From: Bacillota bacterium
GTDB lineage: Bacteria > Bacillota > Clostridia > Peptostreptococcales > Anaerovoracaceae
Direction of reading: 5' to 3'
NCBI GenBank assembly: GCA_017619385.1
Contig: JAFZSM010000074.1
Span: 1 to 33,716 of the forward strand
Length of the DNA: 33,716 bases
Below, piece by piece: positions 26,586 through 33,716 of the stretch. Position 1 is the first letter of the stretch, and every line of letters begins with the position of its first letter. The notes beneath the pieces were generated by a model. The model saw only the letters and a program-made list of their open reading frames with translations. It was not told the DNA's origin and ran no database searches. A program made the translations under genes and the position numbers.

Positions 26586-27689
26586 ATGAAATCCTACAGC
26601 CACTTATATGAAAGGGTGATATCAAGGGAGAACAGGCTTGAGGCCGTAAGGCTCGCAAAGCATTCTCCAAGAATCAGAAAAGCAATCAAGGAATCAGGAA
26701 AAACAGATGAAGAGATAGCAGAAGAGGCTTATGAGTGGATTGTGAATTTCAAGAATGCCCACCATAAGCCTATTAAGATTAAAGACGGAATGTCCAAGAA
26801 GGAGCGGACGATCATTGTTCCGACACTGGAAGAGCTGATAGTACAACATGCACTCATCAACGTACTTAAGCCAATCTTCACAAGGAGCATGTATGAGCAT
26901 TCTTACGCATCACTTCCGGGCAAAGGAGCTCATGCCGGAAAGAAGGTTATTGAGAGATGGATCCGGAACGACGGACGGAATTGCAAGTACTGTCTAAAGA
27001 TGGATATCAGACACTTCTTCGACAGTGTACCACATGACATCTTAAAGGAGAGAATTGTAAAGACCTTCCATGACGAAAAGATATTACGGATGATGCTTGA
27101 ACTCGTGGATGTGACCGAGACGGGATTACCACTTGGATTTTACACGAGCCAGTGGTTTTCAAACTGGTACCTGACACCACTCGACCATTATATCAAGCAG
27201 AGCCTAAAGGCCGAGCATTACATGAGATACATGGACGATATGGTCATATTCGGATCCAACAAGAAGAAGCTCCACCGAATGAGGAAGGACATCCAAGAGT
27301 ATCTTGAAAAGAATCTCGGGCTTACCTTAAAGGACAACTGGCAGGTGTTCAGATTCTCATACATAAGAGGTGGAAGAGAACACGGAAGAGACCTTGATTA
27401 CATGGGATTTCGGTTTCATAGGAACAGAACGACCTTAAGACGGTCGATTATGTTAAAGGCATCCAGGAAGGCAAAGAAGATAGCAAAGAAAGAAAAGCCT
27501 TCGCTTTACGAGATAAGACAGATGCTTTCATATCTCGGATGGATAGATGCAACAGACACCTACAGATTTTATGAGGCCCACATAAAGCCTTATGTAAATT
27601 TTCAAAAATGCAAGAGACGGCTTTCCATTGCCGCCAGAAGGGAGAACAGAAATGGAGTGGAAACATGTAGAGTCCAAACAGTCACCTGA
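26586..27689 (+). CDS. DGR reverse transcriptase
   Basis: RT motifs are CLKMDIRHFFDS (motif A), LPLGFYTSQ (DGR-type [ILV]GxxxSQ) and YMRYMDDMVIFG (YxDD). ATG 26586 follows GAGAGGA; the listed ORF begins at GTG 26517. Confidence 0.9.
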   Translation: MKSYSHLYERVISRENRLEAVRLAKHSPRIRKAIKESGKTDEEIAEEAYEWIVNFKNAHHKPIKIKDGMSKKERTIIVPTLEELIVQHALINVLKPIFTRSMYEHSYASLPGKGAHAGKKVIERWIRNDGRNCKYCLKMDIRHFFDSVPHDILKERIVKTFHDEKILRMMLELVDVTETGLPLGFYTSQWFSNWYLTPLDHYIKQSLKAEHYMRYMDDMVIFGSNKKKLHRMRKDIQEYLEKNLGLTLKDNWQVFRFSYIRGGREHGRDLDYMGFRFHRNRTTLRRSIMLKASRKAKKIAKKEKPSLYEIRQMLSYLGWIDATDTYRFYEAHIKPYVNFQKCKRRLSIAARRENRNGVETCRVQTVT

Positions 27690-27942
27690 GCTTGTAGATG
27701 CAACCTCATGTCCCGGTAAGGTTTATGTCCGCAAGGATGTAAAGGAGATTACCCGCGACGGGGAAACATATTACGAGTATCAGGAAGCCCTCATGTCTCA
27801 GGAACAGTATCAGAGTTATTCCGGACAGAAGATCGAGGGTACCGGCACAAACGACAATCAGACAGTTATCATGAGCGCCCTGGCAGACATGGCTGAGATG
27901 ATCATGGATCTTCAGATGCAGATAATGGATATGCAGGCGTAA
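27652..27942 (+). CDS. Hypothetical acidic protein
   Basis: ATG 27652 follows the RBS AAGGGAGA and overlaps the RT 3' end by 38 nt. No family recognised. Confidence 0.4.
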   Translation: MEWKHVESKQSPELVDATSCPGKVYVRKDVKEITRDGETYYEYQEALMSQEQYQSYSGQKIEGTGTNDNQTVIMSALADMAEMIMDLQMQIMDMQA

Positions 27943-27952
27943 GGAGGAGAAT

Positions 27953-28093
27953 ATGGTTGATTTATACGCACACTTAATCATTGAAAAAGCAAGACCGTTC
28001 GAGAAGGTACCGGACAGGTACAAGGATGCGGTAGAAGCTCGCCTTTTAGAGCTCGGATACGACACCAACGGAGACCCTATCAATGAAGAGTAG
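27953..28093 (+). CDS. Small protein, copy 1 of a tandem paralogue pair (46 aa; resembles CD1375-type mini-proteins of Clostridia phages)
   Basis: Hand translation gives MVDLYAHLIIEKARPFEKVPDRYKDAVEARLLELGYDTNGDPINEE. RBS AAGGAGGAG lies upstream. Confidence 0.5.
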   Translation: MVDLYAHLIIEKARPFEKVPDRYKDAVEARLLELGYDTNGDPINEE

Positions 28094-28160
28094 GAATGTA
28101 ATTACTTTTGTAATTATCATAATAATTCTAATTGCCATTACATGGCGGAAAGGAGACGAC

Positions 28161-28304
28161 ATGGTAGATCTTTATGTAGCACTCATTATCGCGGGAAAGA
28201 GGACTTTCGCAAGGGTACCTGCAAGATACCAGGATGCCGTAAGAGAAACACTTCTCGCACTCGGCCTTGACGAAAACGGCGATCCCATCGAGGACGGTGA
28301 ATGA
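28161..28304 (+). CDS. Small protein, copy 2 of the tandem paralogue pair (47 aa)
   Basis: MVDLYVALIIAGKRTFARVPARYQDAVRETLLALGLDENGDPIEDGE follows the RBS AAAGGAGA. The listed ORF (28083) would add a hydrophobic leader, which is judged less likely. Confidence 0.5.
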   Translation: MVDLYVALIIAGKRTFARVPARYQDAVRETLLALGLDENGDPIEDGE

Positions 28305-28465
28305 GTCCGGAAGAGCTTGAGCGCTTAACCAGGCAGGAACTTATAGATGTCATTCTGATCTTAACCGGAATCCTAAAGGAAGAGGATGCGGTGATAGAAC
28401 AGAATGACATTTTGTTCCGCTCCGAAAAGGTTGAACAGCTCAGAAGGGAACTAAAAAACTTATAG
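28301..28465 (+). CDS. Small helical hypothetical protein (54 aa)
   Basis: ATGA overlap with the upstream stop. Hand translation gives MSPEELERLTRQELIDVILILTGILKEEDAVIEQNDILFRSEKVEQLRRELKNL. Confidence 0.35.
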   Translation: MSPEELERLTRQELIDVILILTGILKEEDAVIEQNDILFRSEKVEQLRRELKNL

Positions 28466-28475
28466 GAGAAAGCAA

Positions 28476-28868
28476 ATGGAATCAATAACTTTTGATGATC
28501 TTGTAAGAATCGCCGTCGTCATCATGGCCATGTGGGCGTTCTATAAGGTCGTAACGGAAATCATCAAAGCCATCACTGCAAGACATGACCGCGAGCAGAA
28601 GTGGGATGATACAGCAAACAATCTCAGAAAGGAAAGACAGGAAGATATGTGTCATTACAATGAGCAGCTTGCGGACATACGGAACCAGCAGGACGAAATA
28701 CGCACTGACTTTGAGGCGAAGGTCCAGGAAGTCAAAGCAGAGCAGTATATCATTGTCGAATGCTTAAGAGCCGTCCTGGATGGCTTACATCAGCAAGGAT
28801 GCAATGGCAAGGTCAGTGAAGCTATAACAACACTTGATGATTACCTGCTCGAAAGAGCTCACAGATAG
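28476..28868 (+). CDS. Membrane-anchored coiled-coil protein of the lysis region
   Basis: N-terminal TM segment LVRIAVVIMAMWAFYKVV followed by a charged helical region. Confidence 0.4.
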   Translation: MESITFDDLVRIAVVIMAMWAFYKVVTEIIKAITARHDREQKWDDTANNLRKERQEDMCHYNEQLADIRNQQDEIRTDFEAKVQEVKAEQYIIVECLRAVLDGLHQQGCNGKVSEAITTLDDYLLERAHR

Positions 28869-28879
28869 GCGGTGATAAT

Positions 28880-29164
28880 ATGACCTACTTTATTGGCGGC
28901 CTCGGAGGATTCCTGATCGGAATAGCTCTCGGGGTTATTTTTATGTACTGGGCAATCGTCCGGCATCACAAAAAGCCGAGCCTTACAAAATACGTGGTCT
29001 TCTCCATAGCCGTGATAATCGTTTACACACTGGCAGAGTTCATCACCACATCCATAACAGGAGTATCACACGACACCTTGACGACATGCTTCTATGCATG
29101 TTTTGGCGGCGAAATTCTCTCCTGTGCACTAATTAAAATATTCAAACTTCGGGAGGAACAGTAA
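28880..29164 (+). CDS. Multi-pass small membrane protein (holin-like)
   Basis: Three hydrophobic segments in 94 aa. It is adjacent to the endolysin module. Confidence 0.45.
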   Translation: MTYFIGGLGGFLIGIALGVIFMYWAIVRHHKKPSLTKYVVFSIAVIIVYTLAEFITTSITGVSHDTLTTCFYACFGGEILSCALIKIFKLREEQ

Positions 29165-29463
29165 TGAAGAAGGAAGATATCTTAAGAAAACTCGCATCGA
29201 GGAAATTCTGGGTAGCCCTCGCAGGGTTCATCGGATCCTTGCTTGTGGCTTTTAACATCGGGGAGAACGATATAGCGCAGGTTACAGCTGTCATTACAGC
29301 TTTCGGTTCTCTCATGGTCTATATCCTATCAGAGTCCGCAGTAGATGCTGCATCAGCATCCGCAAATCAGACTCTTACCCAGACCCACACAGAAAAGACC
29401 ACAGCGACACAGACGGTTCTCTCAAAAGACCTGAATGCGGAAAAAACAGAAAATAAGCAGTAG
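29164..29463 (+). CDS. Putative holin
   Basis: The SRKFWVALAGFIGSLLVAF and VTAVITAFGSLMVYIL TM segments are followed by a polar tail. It lies immediately upstream of the endolysin. Confidence 0.5.
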   Translation: MKKEDILRKLASRKFWVALAGFIGSLLVAFNIGENDIAQVTAVITAFGSLMVYILSESAVDAASASANQTLTQTHTEKTTATQTVLSKDLNAEKTENKQ

Positions 29464-29472
29464 GAGGCACAT

Positions 29473-30660
29473 ATGAAAGATCAGGAACTGGTTCAGATAC
29501 TCAAGAAGATAGCGACTGATTACAAGACGCTCTATGTCATGGGATGCTTCGGAGCTCCCATGAACGACACCAACAAAAAGAGGTATTGCAACAATCACGA
29601 GTACAACCGAAAAGCGGAAAGACAGGCAATGATCAAGGCCGCATCGGCTGATACATTCGGATTCGACTGCGTGTGCCTGATCAAAGGTGTCCTCTGGGGA
29701 TGGTCCGGCGATACATCAAAGACCTACGGCGGAGCAACCTACAATTCCAATGGAGTACCGGACATCGGCGCCGACGGAATGATAAGGTTCTGTCAGAATG
29801 TCTCAACAGACTTCTCAAACATCGTACCCGGTGAAGCTGTGTGGCTCTCCGGCCATATCGGAATATACATCGGGAACGGACTTGCGGTAGAGTGTACCCC
29901 GAAATGGAAGAACTGTGTTCAGATTACAGCTGTGGCCAACATCGGATCCGTCGCAGGATATCAGTCACGCAGATGGACAAAACACGGCAAGCTCCCCTAT
30001 GTGGAGTATTCAGCGCAGACTGCAAAGAAGTCCATTGATGAGATCGCAAAAGAAGTCATTGCCGGAATGTGGGGGAACGGAGTGGCAAGAAAGCAGCTTC
30101 TCACAGAAGCGGGCTACGATTACCGCGCTGTCCAGGATAAGGTCAATGCTTTGATGACCCGCCCGACCACAACAGGCGATGTATATTATGACTATCTCAA
30201 GGCAAGCGGATTTACCGACTATGCAGCAGCCGGTATCTACGCAAACCTTCAGGCAGAAAGCGCAATGAAGCCGACCAACCTTCAGAACTCTTATGAAAAG
30301 AAGCTCGGTATGGATGATGCCACATACACGGCAGCAGTCGATTCCGGAGCATACACCAATTTCGTAAGAGATTCCGCAGGATATGGCCTCGCACAGTGGA
30401 CATATTGGAGCAGGAAGCAGGCACTCTTGAATTACGCCAAGTCACAGGGCAAGAGCATCGGTGATGGCATCATGCAGATGCAATTTCTCGTGAAAGAGAT
30501 GTCCAAGGCCCTCATCACAAAGATGAACGCTGCCAAGTCCGCATCTGAGGCGACAAAGATATTCATGCTTGAATTTGAGCGCCCGGCCAATCAGTCCGCA
30601 TCAGCTCAGAACGCAAGAGCCAAGATTGCGGAAGACATACTGAAGAAGTATGGAGCCTGA
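29473..30660 (+). CDS. Modular endolysin: NlpC/P60-like peptidase + CW_7 (Cpl-7-type) binding repeat + phage-tail-lysozyme-like domain
   Basis: GFDCVCLIKG and SGHIGIYIGNG give a Cys/His peptidase signature. GMWGNGVARKQLLTEAGYDYRAVQDKVN matches CW_7. ANLQAESAMKP...GYGLAQWTYWSRK...FERP is lysozyme-like. Confidence 0.75.
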   Translation: MKDQELVQILKKIATDYKTLYVMGCFGAPMNDTNKKRYCNNHEYNRKAERQAMIKAASADTFGFDCVCLIKGVLWGWSGDTSKTYGGATYNSNGVPDIGADGMIRFCQNVSTDFSNIVPGEAVWLSGHIGIYIGNGLAVECTPKWKNCVQITAVANIGSVAGYQSRRWTKHGKLPYVEYSAQTAKKSIDEIAKEVIAGMWGNGVARKQLLTEAGYDYRAVQDKVNALMTRPTTTGDVYYDYLKASGFTDYAAAGIYANLQAESAMKPTNLQNSYEKKLGMDDATYTAAVDSGAYTNFVRDSAGYGLAQWTYWSRKQALLNYAKSQGKSIGDGIMQMQFLVKEMSKALITKMNAAKSASEATKIFMLEFERPANQSASAQNARAKIAEDILKKYGA

Positions 30661-30661
30661 T

Positions 30662-30775
30662 ATGAAGATAGCGATCACCCTTGCCCTCGTAGTAGCCGGG
30701 GGTATCATGACCCTTGCGTGTCTGGGGATATACGCTATCGAGAAAGCGTGGTCCGAGATCTTCAAGGACCATTAA
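30662..30775 (+). CDS. 37-aa single-pass membrane peptide immediately after the endolysin
   Basis: Hand translation gives MKIAITLALVVAGGIMTLACLGIYAIEKAWSEIFKDH. Its start lies 1 nt after the endolysin stop (TGATATG). Confidence 0.35.
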   Translation: MKIAITLALVVAGGIMTLACLGIYAIEKAWSEIFKDH

Positions 30776-30821
30776 CAATATTCTTGTAAAACTGAATACG
30801 ATACAAAGGATTCTTGTAAAG

Positions 30822-30869
30822 AAGCCCTGGTGACTTTCCATTGGATTGTTGCCGGGGCTTTTTATTTTT
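30822..30869 (+). terminator. Rho-independent terminator closing the lysis operon
   Basis: AAGCCCTGG ... CCGGGGCTT stem (one G-T pair) with a ~21-nt loop, followed by TTTTTATTTTT. Confidence 0.5.
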
Positions 30870-30961
30870 GCAAGAAAATGTTAAATTGCGCCCGCGCAAG
30901 TCCGATATAAATATCACATAGTTATATACAAAGACCAACAAAGACAGAAAAAGGAAAGACA

Positions 30962-32026
30962 ATGAAGGAACCCCGGACATACAAACATCTCACAAAGACG
31001 GACAGGCTACGGATTGAGAAGTGGCTTAAGATAGGTATGCCCAAAAAGGAAATCGCAGCAAAGATCCGCGTGGATGTATCCACCATTTACAGAGAGATCA
31101 ACCGGGGACAATATGAAAGACTCGACGGTGCAACATGGGAGATGGAGACCGCATACAGCCCGGATATCGCTGAAGAAAGATACAGAGCCAACCTCAAAGA
31201 CAAAGGTCCCGACCTTAAGATCGGAAACAATCAGGCGCTTGCGGATTACCTTGAGAAGATAATGACGGAAGATAATTACTCTCCGGCAGCAGCGCTTGCC
31301 AAGGCAAAGGAAGAAGGCTACGAGGTCAACATATCCATTCCGACTCTTTATAGCTATATTGAAAAAGGCGTGTTCCTTCACCTGACAATGCAGAAGCTCC
31401 CTAGGCATGGAAAAGGTTCGCACAGATACAGCAAAAAGAAAGAGACCTCCCGCCCGCCGGCAGGAGAGAGTATAGAGAAGCGTCCTGAAGAGGTAAAGGA
31501 CAGAGAAGTATTCGGACACTGGGAAGGCGATACCGTCTATTCCGGAAAGAAGAAGAAAACAAAGTCCGCTCTCTTCACAATCACCGAAAGGAAGACCAGA
31601 CAGGAGATTATCATCAAAGTGCCGAACCGCGAGGCCGAGACGATAGTAAAGGCAATGGATGCTCTTGAGAGGAAATGGGGACCGGTAAACTTCAGAGCCG
31701 TGTTCAAGTCCATTACCTTCGACAACGGATCCGAGTTCGCTATGTCCGATGAACTTGAGGCATCCTGCATCAATAAGACCATTCCCAGGACGAAAATATA
31801 TTACGCTCATGCATACAGCTCCTTTGAGCGTGGTACCAACGAGAACCAGAATGGAATGATCAGAAGGAAGCACCCGAAAGGCACTGACTTTGATGATATA
31901 TCAAAGGAAGAGCTGAAGGAGACGGAGAACTGGATAAACGACTATCCCAGGAAGATTTTAGGATACAAGAGCAGCAACAAGGCTTTCAAGGAAGAATTAG
32001 AGAAACTGGGTATCAAGGCAGCATAA
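30962..32026 (+). CDS. IS30-family transposase
   Basis: N-terminal HTH (EIAAKIRVDVSTIYREINRG). DDE region is HWEGDTV ... ITFDNGSEF ... GTNENQNGMIRR, typical of IS30. Confidence 0.9.
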   Translation: MKEPRTYKHLTKTDRLRIEKWLKIGMPKKEIAAKIRVDVSTIYREINRGQYERLDGATWEMETAYSPDIAEERYRANLKDKGPDLKIGNNQALADYLEKIMTEDNYSPAAALAKAKEEGYEVNISIPTLYSYIEKGVFLHLTMQKLPRHGKGSHRYSKKKETSRPPAGESIEKRPEEVKDREVFGHWEGDTVYSGKKKKTKSALFTITERKTRQEIIIKVPNREAETIVKAMDALERKWGPVNFRAVFKSITFDNGSEFAMSDELEASCINKTIPRTKIYYAHAYSSFERGTNENQNGMIRRKHPKGTDFDDISKEELKETENWINDYPRKILGYKSSNKAFKEELEKLGIKAA

Positions 32027-32107
32027 AGCATACGGACGATATGTTCTGATATGCTTTATCGGCATGTCTTCATGTAGTGCAATGTATGGCAGATGTCCCA
32101 CGAAAGA

Positions 32108-32145
32108 AAGGCAGCAGTAAAAAATTACTGACTGCCTTATTTTTG
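32108..32145 (+). terminator. Rho-independent terminator after the transposase gene
   Basis: AAGGCAGCAGT - AAAAAATT - ACTG(A)CTGCCTT stem-loop with one bulge, followed by ATTTTTG. Confidence 0.55.
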
Positions 32146-32350
32146 TGCAAAGCCATATTGTATGCGGGTTAGAGACACACCACAACATATAGAAATAAAA
32201 TTTTATAAAATTTCTTGCATTAAGTACTTGACTTTTGTTAATGGATGCGAGTGACGATTAAGTATGGCATTAGGGCTCGTGATTTGATAAAATATAATAT
32301 TATGTAAATTATGAATAAGAACCATTTTATGTTGAAAGGGGAATTCACCG

Positions 32351-33316
32351 ATGAGTGATGAATTTGTAACACAGACAGAGGAAGCCGTTGATACAGCTGC
32401 CGAAACATTTGAATACACTGCTGAAGATGCTGCTGAAACAGAAGAAACAGGAAACCTGGCTGACTACGAGGCTCCCAGGACAGGTAAGGTCGGAGCATAT
32501 CTTTTCGGTCTGCTCGTATTCCTGGTACTTACCGTGGCAAGCACCATAGTTTCAATGATAGGAACATTTCCGCTGCAGCAAAGAGCAGTGCTTGCATCAG
32601 GAGGAGATGTAGCCAAGGCTCAGGAACTTCTGCTTGCCGAAATGGAAAATTCACCGCTTGTTCCGATAACGCAGTTTTTTGCTTCATTTATCATGTTCGT
32701 GATCGCCGGATTATGGTATTTCTTTAAGTTTTATAAGCCGGCAAAGGAGGAGGGAAGGGTAACCCCGATACTTCCGAAGATCATGAACCTTAAGACCATA
32801 TTGCTTATAGTATTCGGAACAACGAGCGCATATGCCCTTGCAGTACTTCTTCAGTATGGAATGACTCTTCTTATGCCTGACTATGCCAGCGCAATAAATT
32901 CCGTTTTGGGAAGCGCACTTAACGGAGTGATGGGTATCATCGCCGGTGTTCTGCTGGCGCCTCTTGCAGAGGAGATAGCAGTACGTGGTCTTATATTAAG
33001 ACGTGCGGAAAAGTCATTCGGACTCGTTGGATGCATGATCATTTCGGCCGTATTTTTCGCTGTTTTCCACCTTAATCCGATACAGAGCGTTTATGTGATT
33101 CCAATGGGTCTGTTCTGGGGATATATCGGATATAAGTATAAGTCAGTTATTCCGTGCATCATCTGCCACCTTGTAAATAATCTGATAGCTGTAATTATTT
33201 CCTCATGGGCAGATGGCATAAATGTGCGTAATGCGATCATTTTTGCAGCAATTTTTGTTGTCTGCGGAGTTATAACATTCTTTGCGATAAAGATGCCTGA
33301 AAAAGAAACAGCCTGA
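32351..33316 (+). CDS. CPBP-family intramembrane glutamic endopeptidase (CAAX protease-like), host gene
   Basis: Multi-pass membrane protein with LAEEIAVRGL (EExxxR), FAVFHL (FxxxH) and CHLVNN (HxxxN) motifs. Confidence 0.8.
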   Translation: MSDEFVTQTEEAVDTAAETFEYTAEDAAETEETGNLADYEAPRTGKVGAYLFGLLVFLVLTVASTIVSMIGTFPLQQRAVLASGGDVAKAQELLLAEMENSPLVPITQFFASFIMFVIAGLWYFFKFYKPAKEEGRVTPILPKIMNLKTILLIVFGTTSAYALAVLLQYGMTLLMPDYASAINSVLGSALNGVMGIIAGVLLAPLAEEIAVRGLILRRAEKSFGLVGCMIISAVFFAVFHLNPIQSVYVIPMGLFWGYIGYKYKSVIPCIICHLVNNLIAVIISSWADGINVRNAIIFAAIFVVCGVITFFAIKMPEKETA

Positions 33317-33333
33317 CTTAATAACGAGGGTTT

Positions 33334-33716
33334 ATGGATAACAAGGATAACAGGAAAGAAATAGTCTTTGACTATGGAACGATCGAGAATATCGAAGAAT
33401 TCCAAAGTCCCGAGCAACTGTACCGGGACCTTCTTTCGCGTGTCCGCAGATATCATCCGTCCGAGGACCTTTCTCTAATTGAGAGGGCATATCAGGTAGC
33501 CTACAGGGCTCATCTTGATCAGAAGAGAAAATCCGGTGAACCCTATATAATTCATCCCCTCTGCGTGGGTATAATCCTGGCTGACCTTGAAATGGATCAG
33601 GAGACCATAGCTGCGGGACTTTTGCATGATGTCGTAGAGGATACCATTTATACTGCGGATGAGCTTAAAGAGCAGTTCGGAGATGATGTGGCTCTGCTTG
33701 TTGACGGTGTTACCAA
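33334..33716 (+). CDS. relA: RelA/SpoT-family (p)ppGpp synthetase/hydrolase, 3' partial at the window edge
   Basis: Hand translation gives MDNKDNRKEIVF...LIERAYQVAYRAHLDQKRKSGEPYIIHPLCVGIILADLEMDQETIAAGLLHDVVEDT (HD hydrolase domain). There is no stop before the window end. Confidence 0.85.
   Translation, partial: MDNKDNRKEIVFDYGTIENIEEFQSPEQLYRDLLSRVRRYHPSEDLSLIERAYQVAYRAHLDQKRKSGEPYIIHPLCVGIILADLEMDQETIAAGLLHDVVEDTIYTADELKEQFGDDVALLVDGVT

Larger units (their letters stand above)
30866..32220 (+). mobile_element. IS30-family insertion sequence (boundaries not resolved)
   Basis: The only inverted match found by eye is a 9-nt core, TGCAAGAAA (30869-30877) / TTTCTTGCA (32211-32219). That is too short to define the ends. 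Confidence 0.3.

Noticed and set aside
27652-27942. Considered as a possible DGR accessory (Avd-like) protein because it overlaps the RT 3' end
   Set aside because: It is acidic and shows no obvious four-helix-bundle or basic character. No Avd-like features were seen, so it is left as hypothetical.
28083-28160. Longer form of the second mini-gene with a hydrophobic leader (MKSRNVITFVIIIIILIAITW)
   Set aside because: The AT-rich spacer translates to I/L by composition. The internal ATG 28161 has a good RBS and gives a product collinear with the upstream paralogue.
31007-31873. 288-aa minus-strand ORF opposite the IS30 transposase
   Set aside because: The + strand product has clear IS30 HTH and DDE motifs. 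The antisense ORF has no recognisable motifs and is most likely a codon-bias artefact.
32228-32312. Possible sigma-A promoter for the CPBP protease gene (TTGACT at 32228; TTGATA at 32284)
   Set aside because: I could not pair either -35-like hexamer with a convincing -10 at 16-18 nt spacing, so no promoter is called.
1-33716. Looked for CRISPR arrays, tRNA/rRNA genes, an integrase and additional VR copies
   Set aside because: No regularly spaced direct repeats and no tRNA-like or rRNA-like segments were recognised by eye. No tyrosine or serine recombinase motifs were seen in any listed ORF. The TR-specific strings GGCGGCAACTGG and GGGGCGGTG occur only in the one VR/TR pair.

Overview
The window holds about 30.8 kb of a temperate siphovirus-type prophage with Firmicutes/Clostridia-like gene content (taxonomy is inference only). 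Every gene is on the + strand. An IS30-family transposase and two host genes (a CPBP intramembrane protease and the 5' end of relA/spoT) follow it. No integrase or attachment site is visible. Gene order: (i) an early/replication region (1-7746) with a partial KilAC antirepressor, a SleB-like hydrolase, DUF4406, an HUH rolling-circle Rep, a degenerate RNase HI homologue, a PcfK/PcfJ-like pair, a Ref-like HNH protein and a sigma-r4-like regulator. (ii) A 275-nt C-rich non-coding region, an HNH endonuclease and a candidate small terminase (7747-8935). (iii) The morphogenesis module: portal, a MuF protein carrying a C-terminal toxin-like domain plus a coupled small ORF, a four-gene insert, TerL, scaffold, capsid, connectors, major tail protein, G/GT chaperone with an A_AAA_AAC slippery site, a 1168-aa tape measure, Dit and Tal. 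(iv) A fibre module ending in a complete diversity-generating retroelement (DGR). (v) The lysis module. The strongest signal is the DGR. A 126-nt variable repeat at the 3' end of the 632-aa fibre-module gene (26118-26243) matches a template repeat 227 nt downstream (26345-26470). The two differ at 16 positions, and every one is an adenine in the template. A reverse transcriptase with YMDD and LGFYTSQ motifs follows, and no Avd-like ORF is visible. Other observations include a GC-rich palindrome, TTGCGC-N2-3-GCGCAA, that recurs six times (one copy sits just 3' of the VR), a MuF-toxin/immunity candidate, an apparent 1-nt frame break at the portal 5' end, and tandem paralogous mini-genes. All functional calls rest on motifs recognised by eye. 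No database search was run.
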